Assembly: GCA_965237415.1 (NCBI GenBank)
Contig: CBDEFM010000002.1
Coordinates: 3,104,001 to 3,168,000 of the forward strand
Source: Alphaproteobacteria bacterium
GTDB lineage: Bacteria; Pseudomonadota; Alphaproteobacteria; UBA828
DNA: 64,000 nt
Reading direction: 5' to 3'
In this document: positions 52,680 to 62,565 of the stretch, in pieces
Position numbering within the stretch: the first letter of the stretch is position 1
How the letters are laid out: each line of letters begins with the position of its first letter
The notes under the pieces: generated by a model
What the model was told of the DNA's origin: nothing
The model's database searches: none
What the model saw: only the letters and a program-made list of their open reading frames with translations
Position numbers and translations under genes: made by a program

Positions 52680-53675
52680 ATGAGGCGCGCCGTCCTATGG
52701 CCGCTGACGGGGTTGGCGGTCCTGGTCGGCCTCGCCGTCGTCCTGGCGATCGCAGGTTGGCTCTACGTCCACAGCCAATTCGACACGCCGGGGCCCGCGC
52801 GCGACGAGCGCACCGTTGTCCTGCCCCAGGGGCTGGGTGCCTTCGACATCGCCGACCGGCTCGCGGAGGCCGGCGTCATCGACGATCCGGTGCTTTTCGT
52901 GGCCGGGCTCTGGATCGAGGACAAGCAGCACGCGCTCAAGGCTGGCGAGTACGTGTTCGAGGCGCTGGTCACGCCGCGCGGCGTGATGGAGAAGCTGGTC
53001 GCCGGCGACACCGTCGCGCACCGGTTCACCGCCAAGGAGGGCATGACCAGTGCCGAGGTCGTGGCCGCGCTCAACGCCGCACCGGGGCTCGAAGGCGAGA
53101 TCGAGAAGGTGCCGGACGAAGGGTCGCTGTTGCCCGAGACCTATCACTATGCGCTCGGCGACAGCCGGGCCGTGCTGATCGAGCGCATGCAGCACGCCAT
53201 GGCGCGCGTCGTCGACGAGCTGTGGCAGGCGCGTGACCCGGCGGTCGGCCTCGACGATGCCGATCAGGCGGTGGTGCTCGCCTCCATCGTCGAGAAGGAG
53301 ACAGCCGTCGCCGAGGAACGCCCCCTGATCGCCGGCGTCTTCCTCAACCGGTTGCGCCAGGGCATGCGGCTTCAGGCCGACGCCACCGTGATCTACGCGG
53401 TAACCGGCGGCAAGCGTCCCTTGGGGCGGCCGCTTTCCCGCGCAGACCTCAGGGTCGAGAGCCCGTACAACACTTATCGCAATGGCGGCCTGCCGCCGGG
53501 ACCCATCGCCAATCCCGGTCGGGCAGCGCTCGCCGCGGTCCTGAATCCGGCCGAGACGGACGCGCTCTATTTCGTCGCCGACGGCTCCGGCGGGCACGCG
53601 TTCGCGGAGACCCTGGACGAGCACAACCGCAACGTTGCGCGCTGGCGCGCCAAGCGCCGTGCGACAAAGAATTAG
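52680..53675 (+). CDS. mltG: Endolytic transglycosylase
   Basis: LASIVEKE, SPYNTY, GLPPGPIANPG. Confidence 0.96.
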   Translation: MRRAVLWPLTGLAVLVGLAVVLAIAGWLYVHSQFDTPGPARDERTVVLPQGLGAFDIADRLAEAGVIDDPVLFVAGLWIEDKQHALKAGEYVFEALVTPRGVMEKLVAGDTVAHRFTAKEGMTSAEVVAALNAAPGLEGEIEKVPDEGSLLPETYHYALGDSRAVLIERMQHAMARVVDELWQARDPAVGLDDADQAVVLASIVEKETAVAEERPLIAGVFLNRLRQGMRLQADATVIYAVTGGKRPLGRPLSRADLRVESPYNTYRNGGLPPGPIANPGRAALAAVLNPAETDALYFVADGSGGHAFAETLDEHNRNVARWRAKRRATKN

Positions 53676-53693
53676 CGGCAGCGAGGCGCTGGG

Positions 53694-54593
53694 ATGAAAA
53701 ACACGATCGGCATTTCCAGCATGACCGGGTTCGCCCGTGCGAGCGGCGGCGACGGCGCGTCCGGCTGGAGCTGGGAGGTCAAGAGCGTGAACGGGCGGGC
53801 GCTGGATGTCCGCTGCCGCCTGCCGCAAGGGCTGGAACGGCTCGACCCGGCGGTGCGCACTGCGGTGTCTCTGCGGCTCAGGCGCGGCAATGTCACGGTA
53901 GGGCTCAGGCTCTCCCAGGCGCCGGACGCTGCCGCCATGCGCGTCAACAGGGCTTGGCTCGACGAGCTGATCGCGCTCGCCGCCGACTATCGCACGCATG
54001 AAGGCATCGAGCCGCCGCGCCTCGACGGCATGCTGACGTTGCGCGGCGTGATCGAGTCTGCCGAGCGGCCCGAAGACGACGCGAACACTGGCCTGGACGA
54101 CGGCGCTCTGCTGGAGACGCTCGAGGCCGCGCTCGCGGAGCTGGTGCGCGAGCGGCAGGCCGAGGGGGCTCAGCTCGCGGCCGCGCTCACGGAGCGGATC
54201 GAGGAGATCGCAGCGCTCACACTTCGTGCCGAGGCGCTGGTGCCGTCGCGCCAGGAGGCCCTTGGCGCGCGGCTGCGTGAGCAGGTGACGGCATTGATCG
54301 GCGCCGGTGCGCCGGTTCCCGAAGATCGACTGGCGGCGGAGCTCGCTATGCTGGCCGTCAAGATCGACGTGACCGAGGAGATCGACCGGTTGAAATCCCA
54401 TTGCGCGGCGGCGGAGCGCCACCTGCAGGAAGAGGGAGCCGTCGGACGCAAGCTCGATTTTCTCGCTCAGGAGTTCAACCGCGAGGCCAACACCCTTTGT
54501 TCCAAGGCCTCCCATGCCGTGCTCACGGATGTCGGCCTCGCGATCAAGGCCGCAATCGACCAGTTTCGAGAGCAGGCGCAGAACGTCGAATAG
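53694..54593 (+). CDS. yicC: YicC/YloC-family endoribonuclease
   Basis: SMTGFAR, GRKLDFLAQEFNREANT, REQAQNVE. Confidence 0.95.
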   Translation: MKNTIGISSMTGFARASGGDGASGWSWEVKSVNGRALDVRCRLPQGLERLDPAVRTAVSLRLRRGNVTVGLRLSQAPDAAAMRVNRAWLDELIALAADYRTHEGIEPPRLDGMLTLRGVIESAERPEDDANTGLDDGALLETLEAALAELVRERQAEGAQLAAALTERIEEIAALTLRAEALVPSRQEALGARLREQVTALIGAGAPVPEDRLAAELAMLAVKIDVTEEIDRLKSHCAAAERHLQEEGAVGRKLDFLAQEFNREANTLCSKASHAVLTDVGLAIKAAIDQFREQAQNVE

Positions 54594-54607
54594 AGATCGA
54601 ATAGAGA

Positions 54608-55276
54608 ATGAGCGCGTCGGCCAACAATCCCGTCCTAGGGCGCCGCGGCCTCCTGCTGGTGCTGTCCTCGCCCTCCGGCGCCGGCAAGACGACGATCACC
54701 CGCCGTCTGGTCGAGCTCGAAGGCGATGACGTCGCGATCTCGGTCTCCCACACCACACGGCCGAAACGGCCGGACGAGATCGACGGCCGGGACTATCACT
54801 TTGTCGACAAGGCCGGGTTCGCGCGTCTGCGGGAGCGCGGGGAATTCCTCGAGAGCGCGGAGGTGTTCGGCCACCGGTACGGCTCTGCACGCGACCCGGT
54901 TGAGAGCGCGCTCGATGCCGGCCGCGACGTCGTCTTCGATATCGACTGGCAGGGGAGCCAGCAGCTGGCCGAGGCGGTGCGGGACGATCTGGTCAGCGTC
55001 TTCATCCTGCCGCCGTCCCTGGAAGCGCTCGAGCAGCGGCTGAATCGCCGCGCCCAGGACAGCCCCGCCGTGGTCGCGCAGCGCATGAGCCGCGCCGGCG
55101 ACGAGATGCGCCACTACGACGAGTACGACTATGTGGTGGTCAACACCGCGCTGGAGCGGGCCGTTGAGGAGGTGCGCTCGATCCTCCGGGCCGAGCGGCT
55201 GCGCCGGGATCGCCTGAGGGGGCTCGACGATTTCGTGCGGCGGCTCACGGCCGGCACGGAGCCGGCACGGGGCTGA
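54608..55276 (+). CDS. gmk: Guanylate kinase
   Basis: SSPSGAGKTT, SVSHTTR, FDIDWQG. Confidence 0.97.
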   Translation: MSASANNPVLGRRGLLLVLSSPSGAGKTTITRRLVELEGDDVAISVSHTTRPKRPDEIDGRDYHFVDKAGFARLRERGEFLESAEVFGHRYGSARDPVESALDAGRDVVFDIDWQGSQQLAEAVRDDLVSVFILPPSLEALEQRLNRRAQDSPAVVAQRMSRAGDEMRHYDEYDYVVVNTALERAVEEVRSILRAERLRRDRLRGLDDFVRRLTAGTEPARG

Positions 55277-55760
55277 GGGGCGTGACCGCGCCCTCGGCGT
55301 CGCCGAGGGCGCCGGGGACGAGTTCAAGCGCGAGCAGCCGGCGCGGCTCGTCGAGGCCGGGCAGGGTGATTCCGTAGCGCGCCGCGCTCATGAAGCCGAA
55401 GCGGCCGAGAAAGCTCGGCGTGCCGACCGCGACGACGGCGGTGTGGCCCTCCGCCGCAACCCTTTCGAGCGCGGCCCGCACCAGGAGGCTGCCTAACCCG
55501 CGCCGTTCGTGAGCCGGATCCACGGCGATGGGCCCAAGCAGGAGCGCCGATCGCGCCTCGCCGACCCGTACTGGCCAGTGGCGGATCGTGCCGAGGATGC
55601 GCCCCTCGGTGAGGGCGACGAGGCAGAGGTTGCGCACTGGCGGGGCGCCTTCACGCAAGCGGTAGGAAGGGCGGGCCAGGCGATCGGCGCCGAACGCGCG
55701 GTCCAGCAGGGCCTCGATCTGCGGGCCGTCCTGCGGCCCCTCGGTACGAATGGAAGGCAT
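55245..55760 (-). CDS. GNAT N-acetyltransferase
   Basis: LLGPIAVDPAHERRGLGSLL. Confidence 0.9.
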   Translation of the reverse strand: MPSIRTEGPQDGPQIEALLDRAFGADRLARPSYRLREGAPPVRNLCLVALTEGRILGTIRHWPVRVGEARSALLLGPIAVDPAHERRGLGSLLVRAALERVAAEGHTAVVAVGTPSFLGRFGFMSAARYGITLPGLDEPRRLLALELVPGALGDAEGAVTPLSPVPAPCRP

Positions 55761-55910
55761 GTCAGCTCAGCTCTCGACGACGGACGGACGCGATGGTGAT
55801 GCCGCCGTGCCGATGGCGCGGCGGTGTCAGCCGTCTCGTCGTCGCTCGCGAGCAAAGCGTCTCATGACGGTCCGCTGACTAAGCCGTGCCGGCCGCGTTG
55901 GCAAGCAGAA

Positions 55911-56792
55911 TTACCGCCTGACCGCCCGCTGCTGCGTCGACCAGGCGCGAGCCAGTGCGCAGAATTGCGCGACCGAGAGCGTCTCGGCCCGCGCCTCGGG
56001 CGGAATGCCGGCGTTCTGAAGCAGGGTCTGAGGGTCCTTGGTGAGGCCGCGAAGGGCGCGGCGCAGCATCTTCCTGCGCTGGCCGAACGCCGCACGGGTC
56101 ACGGCGTCGAGCGCGTCGGGGTCCGCCGGCGCGAGCGTCTCGGCCCTCGGCACCAGGCGCACCACCGCAGACGTCACGGCGGGCGGCGGCACGAAGGCAC
56201 GCGGGCTCACGTCGAACAGCCGCTCGCAGGTGCAAAGCCACTGCGCGCGCACTGAGAGACCGCCGTAGTCCCGCCCCCCTGTCGCGGTGATCCTTTGCGC
56301 GACCTCCTTTTGGAACATGAGGGTCATGCTGTCGAGACGCTCGACCCGGTCCAGCCAGCGCAGCAGAAGCCGCGTACCGACGTTATAGGGAAGGTTCGCC
56401 ACGATCCCGATGCGGGTGCGGCCCAGGGTCGCGATGTCGAAGGCGAGCGCGTCGCCCTCAATGACCTCGAGCCGGTCGGGATACCGCGCCGCAAGCTCGC
56501 CGAGTGCGGCCACGCAACGGCGGTCCTTTTCGACCGCGACGACGCGGGCCGCGCCGGCTGCGAGCAGCGCCCGGGTCAGCCCGCCCGGCCCTGGCCCCAC
56601 CTCCAGTATGACGGCTGGCGTGCGCGGCCGGGCTGCGTGCGCGATCTTCCCGCAGAGTCCGGGGTCGAGGAGGAAGTGCTGCCCGAGCGCGCGCCTGGGC
56701 CGCAGGTCGTGCCGGGCGATGACGGCAGAGAGCGGCGGCAGCGGGGTGTCATGCCCGCCGTCTGCCGCAGCGGGGGCGCCTGCGCCGGTCAA
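55911..56792 (-). CDS. rsmA: 16S rRNA m6,2A dimethyltransferase
   Basis: LGQHFL, EVGPGPG, ANLPYN, FGQRRKML. Confidence 0.97.
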   Translation of the reverse strand: MTGAGAPAAADGGHDTPLPPLSAVIARHDLRPRRALGQHFLLDPGLCGKIAHAARPRTPAVILEVGPGPGGLTRALLAAGAARVVAVEKDRRCVAALGELAARYPDRLEVIEGDALAFDIATLGRTRIGIVANLPYNVGTRLLLRWLDRVERLDSMTLMFQKEVAQRITATGGRDYGGLSVRAQWLCTCERLFDVSPRAFVPPPAVTSAVVRLVPRAETLAPADPDALDAVTRAAFGQRRKMLRRALRGLTKDPQTLLQNAGIPPEARAETLSVAQFCALARAWSTQQRAVRR

Positions 56793-57757
56793 ATGCGTAC
56801 GTTGATGAATGCCGAGCGGTGCAGGTCGCGCGCGTAACGCCGGGCGAGCATCTCCAGTCTGCGCTGGCCGATCTCCTGTCGGATCGCCTCCCGATCGGGG
56901 CCGGCGGCGGGCGCGTCCGAAAGCACCGTGCGGCGGTCGATCAGCGAGACGATGGTGTAGCCGTCGAATGCCCGCACCGGAGGGGCGACCGACCCCGGTT
57001 CCAATTGCACCAGAGCGGCCTCGATCTCGCTCGGGAGCTCCCCTTCGAGAACCCAGCCGATGTCGCCGCCGACGGCGGCCGTGGCGCTTTGCGAAAACTG
57101 GCTGGCGATCTGGGCAAAGCTGGCGCCAGCCGCCAGCTGCTCGTAGAGACTCGTGGCGGCGGCGCGGACCTCGCCCTCCCGCTCCCTCGATTCAACCGCC
57201 AGGAAGATCTCGGCGACACGATATTCGGGACGCCCCCGATTAGCTTCGAGCCGGGCGAGCGCCTCGTCGATTTCGCCTTCTCCGACCGAAACCGCAGCGC
57301 CCAGGCGGCCGCGCACGAGCTTGGACCAGAGGATCTCCGCCCGAAGCTGATCCGTGACGGCGGCGACATCCAGCCTCTGGCTCCTTAGAAAATCATCTAA
57401 ACCGCCGGCGGCGATTCCGTTGCGTTGCTCGACGCTCCGCCGCGCATTCGCCATCTCAGCCTCGCTGACCGTCACGCCAAGACGCTCCGCTTCCTGTACC
57501 TTCAGTCGTTCGTCGATCAGTGAGCGAAGCACTTGGGGCGCGAGCTGCCGGCGCAGCTCTTCGCTGACCCGCAGGCGGGATGCCACGACGGCGATATCGA
57601 TACGCGCCACGAGATCGGGGATCGAAATTGCCTCGTTGTTGACCACGGCGGCGATCCCCACGGTCTCCTGGGCGCCCGCACGGTCCGCAGGCGCGAGCAA
57701 AATTGGTAGCAGTGCGAGCAGCAGTAAAGCTGCCCTTGCGATCGATGGAACTTTCAC
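56789..57757 (-). CDS. surA: SurA-like peptidyl-prolyl isomerase (single parvulin domain)
   Basis: AAVVNNEAIS, FSQSATAAVGGDIGW; position after lptD. Confidence 0.85.
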   Translation of the reverse strand: MKVPSIARAALLLLALLPILLAPADRAGAQETVGIAAVVNNEAISIPDLVARIDIAVVASRLRVSEELRRQLAPQVLRSLIDERLKVQEAERLGVTVSEAEMANARRSVEQRNGIAAGGLDDFLRSQRLDVAAVTDQLRAEILWSKLVRGRLGAAVSVGEGEIDEALARLEANRGRPEYRVAEIFLAVESREREGEVRAAATSLYEQLAAGASFAQIASQFSQSATAAVGGDIGWVLEGELPSEIEAALVQLEPGSVAPPVRAFDGYTIVSLIDRRTVLSDAPAAGPDREAIRQEIGQRRLEMLARRYARDLHRSAFINVRI

Positions 57758-57764
57758 GGCCGCC

Positions 57765-59927
57765 TCAGCCCGCCTGTTTCAGTATTACGGTCAGGTGCCA
57801 TATCGTGTCCGGCTCGATGTCCCGGTCGCGGGTGAAGGAACGCGAGATCCCTGTGTTGATGAGAATACACTCATCTTCATAGGAAAGACCGGCTCTCCAA
57901 TTAATGGAAGTGTTGTCCTCGACATCGCGGCGGATCCCGGATGAGAACGTCCAGTTGTCGAAGGGCTTCGTCGTGAAACTCGCGTGCGCCTCCCTGCCGC
58001 CGCCGACGTCTCCCATCATACTCGTTGGCTGTCGGTGCAGGTCGACGAAGCCGATCCTGCCCCGCAGCCAGCTTGGCCCGGCTGCGAGGTCGATCTCGTT
58101 GCGCCTGACGGCGGCGTCGCGATGGTCGAGACGAAACCGCAAAGAGAGATCGATCAAGGGCGATGGCTGCATGAGGATGTGCCCGACAAAGTCGGAGAGC
58201 TGATGTTCGAGCCCGCTGCCGGGTTCGAACAGCGGATTCTTCCTGTCCCGGACGCTCTGGCCGAACAGCGCGGTCGCCCGGCCACCTTCCGGCCCAAAGA
58301 AGCCGAGGCGCACCCCGTAGTTGATGCGCCTCCCGGTCTCGATGCGGTCGAGGCCGGTGAAGCGGTTGGTGCTGAACAGATTGGTGTGATCGAACTCGAG
58401 GTCGCGGCTGTCCTCATTGGGAATATTGTATGAATTGCCACCGTCCGGGCTGACGACGCCTTGCACGATCGGCTCGATGAGCTGGCGGATCGAACCGAGC
58501 CGCGAGATGAGCGGATAGCGCCATTCCACCGCGAGCTGCGGCAAGAACCGCGCGGTCGTATCGCTCTTCATGGCGCCCGACGGATGCTCGCGGTCGACCG
58601 GCGTATAGGCGTGATAGAGGTCGCCGCGCAGGCTCGCGTCGATGCGGATGAGGTGCCCCCCGGCCAGAATCATCGGCCGGTGCCAGCCGCCGGCGATGGA
58701 AAGCCGCCGGCTGTCAGTTCCATCGAGGCGCTCCAGAATCATGAGATTGGTGTCGAGCGTGGCGTAGCCGCCGGCGTAGTCGGGCGCGGTCACCAGGCTC
58801 GCTTCGAGCAGGGGGAGAACGATGGGGCTCTGATCGCTCTGATCTCCAGCCCGAAGGCTCTGGAACAGGTAGCTATGGCCCGACAAGAAGCTGCGCTGAC
58901 TGTATCGTTCCGCAAATAGGGTCGTGACCAGCTCGTCCTCCGACGAAATGTCGTAGCGGTTCAGATACGTGTCGTCGAGGGCGCGCTCCAGATTGAAGCC
59001 CCACCGCCAGGTCTCGTCGATATCGAAACGCCCGTGGCCGAAGACATGCCCGCGCAGCCTGTTGCCGTCCTCTGCGGCGGTGCTGGCCTGGGTGATGCTG
59101 GCATCGATGGCGAATTCGCCGTCTCGCGTGCGCTCGCGGTACTCGCCCGCCAGCACGACCCCCTCTTCGGAGGTGAAACGCGGCAAAAAGGTCGCATCCC
59201 GGTGGGGCGCGATCGACCAGTGATAGGGTATCGTCACGTCCGCGCCGAGGGCCCTTGAGCTCCGATAGAGCGGCGACAGGAAGCCGGACTGACGGGTTAC
59301 GCTTGGATCGGGATGGCGGAAGTAGGGCGTGTAGAAGACGGGAACGCCGAAGAACTCGAGCGACGCATCGTAGTATGTGAGATCGTGATCGGCTTGATCG
59401 TGGACCACCGTACCGGCCTTGAGCTGCCAGAGCGGCGCCCGGGCGGGTTCGTCGGCGCAGAGCTCGCAAGGGGAAAACACCGCCTTCCGCATTACCGTGC
59501 GGTTACCGTCGAAGCGCCTGGCGCCGCCCGCAACGATCCGCGAATTGTCCGTCAACAGCACGCTCAGGCGGCGAATCACGCCGCTCCTCAAGTCACCGGT
59601 AAGCTCGACGGAATCGGCGAACAACACCTCACCGCCCGGCTCTCGCAGCGCGACGTCGCCGGTTGCGGTCACGACGCCATCGCTTTGCCTGTAGCGGATA
59701 CGCGCGGCACGCAGAACGCGCTCGCCCTGGGCGAGCTCGACATTGCCGGTTGCGATGATCGAATCGGTGTCTTCGTCATAAGTCAGCTCATCGGCGGTCA
59801 TCAGGAGATCGCCTGTGAGCAGGTCATCGACGCGCGGCCCGGAATCGGCCTCCTGCGCGCGCGCCTCCAGCGCGGAGAGGGCCAGGAGACACGCGAGAGC
59901 GAGCGGCGCGAGGGCCTTAACCCGCAT
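57765..59927 (-). CDS. lptD: LPS assembly protein
   Basis: N-terminal OstA-like region, FSPCELC, IPNEDS, NRFTGLDRIE, YEDEC; gene context. Confidence 0.95.
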   Translation of the reverse strand: MRVKALAPLALACLLALSALEARAQEADSGPRVDDLLTGDLLMTADELTYDEDTDSIIATGNVELAQGERVLRAARIRYRQSDGVVTATGDVALREPGGEVLFADSVELTGDLRSGVIRRLSVLLTDNSRIVAGGARRFDGNRTVMRKAVFSPCELCADEPARAPLWQLKAGTVVHDQADHDLTYYDASLEFFGVPVFYTPYFRHPDPSVTRQSGFLSPLYRSSRALGADVTIPYHWSIAPHRDATFLPRFTSEEGVVLAGEYRERTRDGEFAIDASITQASTAAEDGNRLRGHVFGHGRFDIDETWRWGFNLERALDDTYLNRYDISSEDELVTTLFAERYSQRSFLSGHSYLFQSLRAGDQSDQSPIVLPLLEASLVTAPDYAGGYATLDTNLMILERLDGTDSRRLSIAGGWHRPMILAGGHLIRIDASLRGDLYHAYTPVDREHPSGAMKSDTTARFLPQLAVEWRYPLISRLGSIRQLIEPIVQGVVSPDGGNSYNIPNEDSRDLEFDHTNLFSTNRFTGLDRIETGRRINYGVRLGFFGPEGGRATALFGQSVRDRKNPLFEPGSGLEHQLSDFVGHILMQPSPLIDLSLRFRLDHRDAAVRRNEIDLAAGPSWLRGRIGFVDLHRQPTSMMGDVGGGREAHASFTTKPFDNWTFSSGIRRDVEDNTSINWRAGLSYEDECILINTGISRSFTRDRDIEPDTIWHLTVILKQAG

Positions 59928-60183
59928 TTCTCACCACGATCATGGTCTGCGCGTCGCTGTCCAGCCTGCAGGGAAGGAAAGCCGCGCAGCGCGATGTGGG
60001 GCATCGGGCAGCGGCTTGACGCTCCCTGCAGGCTGGACAGCGACGCCCTTCGGGTCGCACCCAGGCGCCCGCCCGCGTCGTTGCGGGCCTCAACCGTATT
60101 CCCCGATACGCTCTTCGGCCCGCTCCTGGCGGATCGAGCGCCTGGGCGCGACGCAGGCCGTGACCGTGGTGAGAAATGCGGGT
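59920..60183 (-). mobile_element. MITE, copy 2 (264 bp) at the lptD start
   Basis: IRs ACCCGCATTTCTCACCAC / GTGGTGAGAAATGCGGGT; reverse orientation to copy 1. Confidence 0.85.
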
Positions 60184-60197
60184 TCATCATGCCGGCG

Positions 60198-61292
60198 CTA
60201 TCCGTCCTCGAGGTGGAACAGGCCGGCGACGCCGAGCAGCGTGAAGATGCCCGCCGGAGTCCATGCCGCGAGCACCGGCGGCAGCTTGCCCGAGAGGCCG
60301 AGGGCAAGCACCAGGTCCGAGACGAAATAGAGGAGAAATCCGGTGAGTAGCCCGCCCAAGACCAACATCCAGGTGCCGCGCCGGGTGAAGCGAAGCGAGA
60401 AGGTCGCTGCGATCAAGACCATCGCGCAGAGGAGGAGAGGGGCGGCAAGCAGCGAATGCCAGTGCAGGCGGTGCTTCACCGAGGAGAAGCCGGAGTCCTC
60501 CAGCACCTTGATGAAGCTGGGCAGTGCCCAGAAGGACAGGGTTTCCGGCGGTGAAAAGCTGTTCTGGATGCGCTCCAGGGTGAGGTCGGTCGGCACGCGG
60601 GCGTTCGCCCGGTGCCGGGCCGGCTCGCCCGGCGCGCTGAAGAGGGCGTCCTTCAGGTTCCAGTAACCGTCCTCGAGCCGGGCCTCGGCGGCGTCGATAC
60701 GGCCGACGAACTGATCCTTCTTCGCGTAAAGGAAGATGATCGTGTCGTAGAGCGTCATAGTTTCCTGATCGATGCGCTCGGCGTGAACCACCGACTGGCC
60801 TTCCGGATCTCCCTGTCTGAGCCAGATTCCCGACTGCGAAAGGGCCAGGAGGCTCGATGTGCCGCGCAGATAGCTCGCGTCCAACTGCTCATAGCGCGAA
60901 GTCGTGGCAGAGGCGAGGGGGTTGACGACTGTCATGAAAAGGCCGCCCAGGAGCGCTGCGATGACGAGTACGGGCAACAGGAACTGCCAGACCGAGACGC
61001 CCGCCGCCCGCGCGATCACGAGCTCGCGGCTCCGCGTCATCTTCGCGAAGGTCACGATGCCGCCGACGAGAACGATGAAGGGCAGTGCCTTTTGGGCCAT
61101 GAAGGGAATGTGGAGCGATGCCATCTGGAGAACGATCTCGAGCGTGGCCGTCTTGTCTGGCCCGGACGCGCGGCGAAGCAGCTCGATCGTATCGGCAATG
61201 AGAATGGTCATAATGACGAGCAGAAACACGAGCGCGACGCTCTGCAGATATTGCCTGCCCATGTAGAGCGAAAGGGTGGACGAGAGGCGCAT
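60198..61292 (-). CDS. lptG: LPS export permease
   Basis: ELVIARAAGVSVWQF; YjgP/Q family; context. Confidence 0.93.
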   Translation of the reverse strand: MRLSSTLSLYMGRQYLQSVALVFLLVIMTILIADTIELLRRASGPDKTATLEIVLQMASLHIPFMAQKALPFIVLVGGIVTFAKMTRSRELVIARAAGVSVWQFLLPVLVIAALLGGLFMTVVNPLASATTSRYEQLDASYLRGTSSLLALSQSGIWLRQGDPEGQSVVHAERIDQETMTLYDTIIFLYAKKDQFVGRIDAAEARLEDGYWNLKDALFSAPGEPARHRANARVPTDLTLERIQNSFSPPETLSFWALPSFIKVLEDSGFSSVKHRLHWHSLLAAPLLLCAMVLIAATFSLRFTRRGTWMLVLGGLLTGFLLYFVSDLVLALGLSGKLPPVLAAWTPAGIFTLLGVAGLFHLEDG

Positions 61293-61304
61293 CGGCCTTG
61301 GCCC

Positions 61305-62429
61305 CTACCCGTGCGTGCCCGGCTCTGGCGCCGCGGCGCGGCCGCCGAGAAAGCGCGGCAAGCGGCCACGCAGCACGGCGATCGCCGCGGCCGTAGCCAG
61401 GACCGGGTTGAGATACATGAGCGGAATGAGGTTACTGCTCTTGGCCGTCGCGTTGACCAGGAAGAGCGCCAAGGCCTCGAACACGACCGCGGCTACGATC
61501 GCGACGAGGATCCTGCGCCATTGTCCGCGCCGGTCGACGTTGCCCAGGAGCAGCGCCGCCAGGCCGATCGCGGCAAACGTATAGGCGAACAGTGGTGAGA
61601 CGATGCGATTGTGCGCTTCGGAGAGGAACTTGCTGCGCATCCGCTCCGCACCCTCGCTGTCGGGGTCGAGCAGCTCGTCGACGAAGCGTTCGCGCGGCTC
61701 GCGCCAGCGGGCGCCCTCGCGTTGGGCAAATTCGCCCAGATCCATCGTGTAGCGCTCGAAATTAAGTAGCGAGAGCCGCGCCGAGTCGCGATCGATCCGT
61801 TGTCGGTGGCCATTGAAAAGGATGAAGCGTGGGCCCTCATCGGTCTGAACCAGCAGGCCGCGCTCGGCCATCATCGTGACCGGCCTTTCCTTCTCTCGGG
61901 CGTCATGCACGAGGATGCCGTTGAGCGAGCCGCCCTCGCGCCCTCGAATGTAGACCGTGACGCCCTCGGTCAACGTGTTGAACGAGCCTTCCTCCAGGAG
62001 AAGCGCTGAATGCTCGCTGCGCAGGACGAACTGCCGCTCCTTAAACTCCCGGTGGCTGACGGGCATGACGTACATGCCTATCGCGTACGAGACGACGACG
62101 ATGATCGTGGCCATCGCCAGCGCCGGCTTCGCCAGCGACCACTGGCTGACGCCCGCCGCGCGCAGGCTGACCAGTTCGCTGTCGATTGTGAGCCTGTTGT
62201 AGACGAAAAGCAGCGCGCAGAAGAAGGCGATCGGCAAAATCGCGCCCAGGAACGTCGGCAGCACCAGCATGCTCATTAGCAGGAAGGCACTGAGCGACAA
62301 GCCCTTGTTGACGATCAAATCGATGATGCGCAGCGATTGCGACAGCCAAACGACCGCCGTGAGGCTCAGCGTGACGAGCAAGAACGGACCCACGAGCTGG
62401 AGCAAGAGGTAACGTTGGTAGCGGGGCAT
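61305..62429 (-). CDS. lptF: LPS export permease
   Basis: WLSQSLR, YNRLTIDSELVSLRAAG. Confidence 0.93.
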   Translation of the reverse strand: MPRYQRYLLLQLVGPFLLVTLSLTAVVWLSQSLRIIDLIVNKGLSLSAFLLMSMLVLPTFLGAILPIAFFCALLFVYNRLTIDSELVSLRAAGVSQWSLAKPALAMATIIVVVSYAIGMYVMPVSHREFKERQFVLRSEHSALLLEEGSFNTLTEGVTVYIRGREGGSLNGILVHDAREKERPVTMMAERGLLVQTDEGPRFILFNGHRQRIDRDSARLSLLNFERYTMDLGEFAQREGARWREPRERFVDELLDPDSEGAERMRSKFLSEAHNRIVSPLFAYTFAAIGLAALLLGNVDRRGQWRRILVAIVAAVVFEALALFLVNATAKSSNLIPLMYLNPVLATAAAIAVLRGRLPRFLGGRAAAPEPGTHG

Positions 62430-62565
62430 GCCCCATTATAGCGGTTTGAGCAGCGGAGCGGGTGGCGAGGTACCCGCGGCACAGGTGACGCCCGCCTGGC
62501 TGCCGGTCAGCGCGGCCCTCGCGTGCCGAGCCGACCGTTCTGCACCGCCTCTTCGCCGCGTCGGG

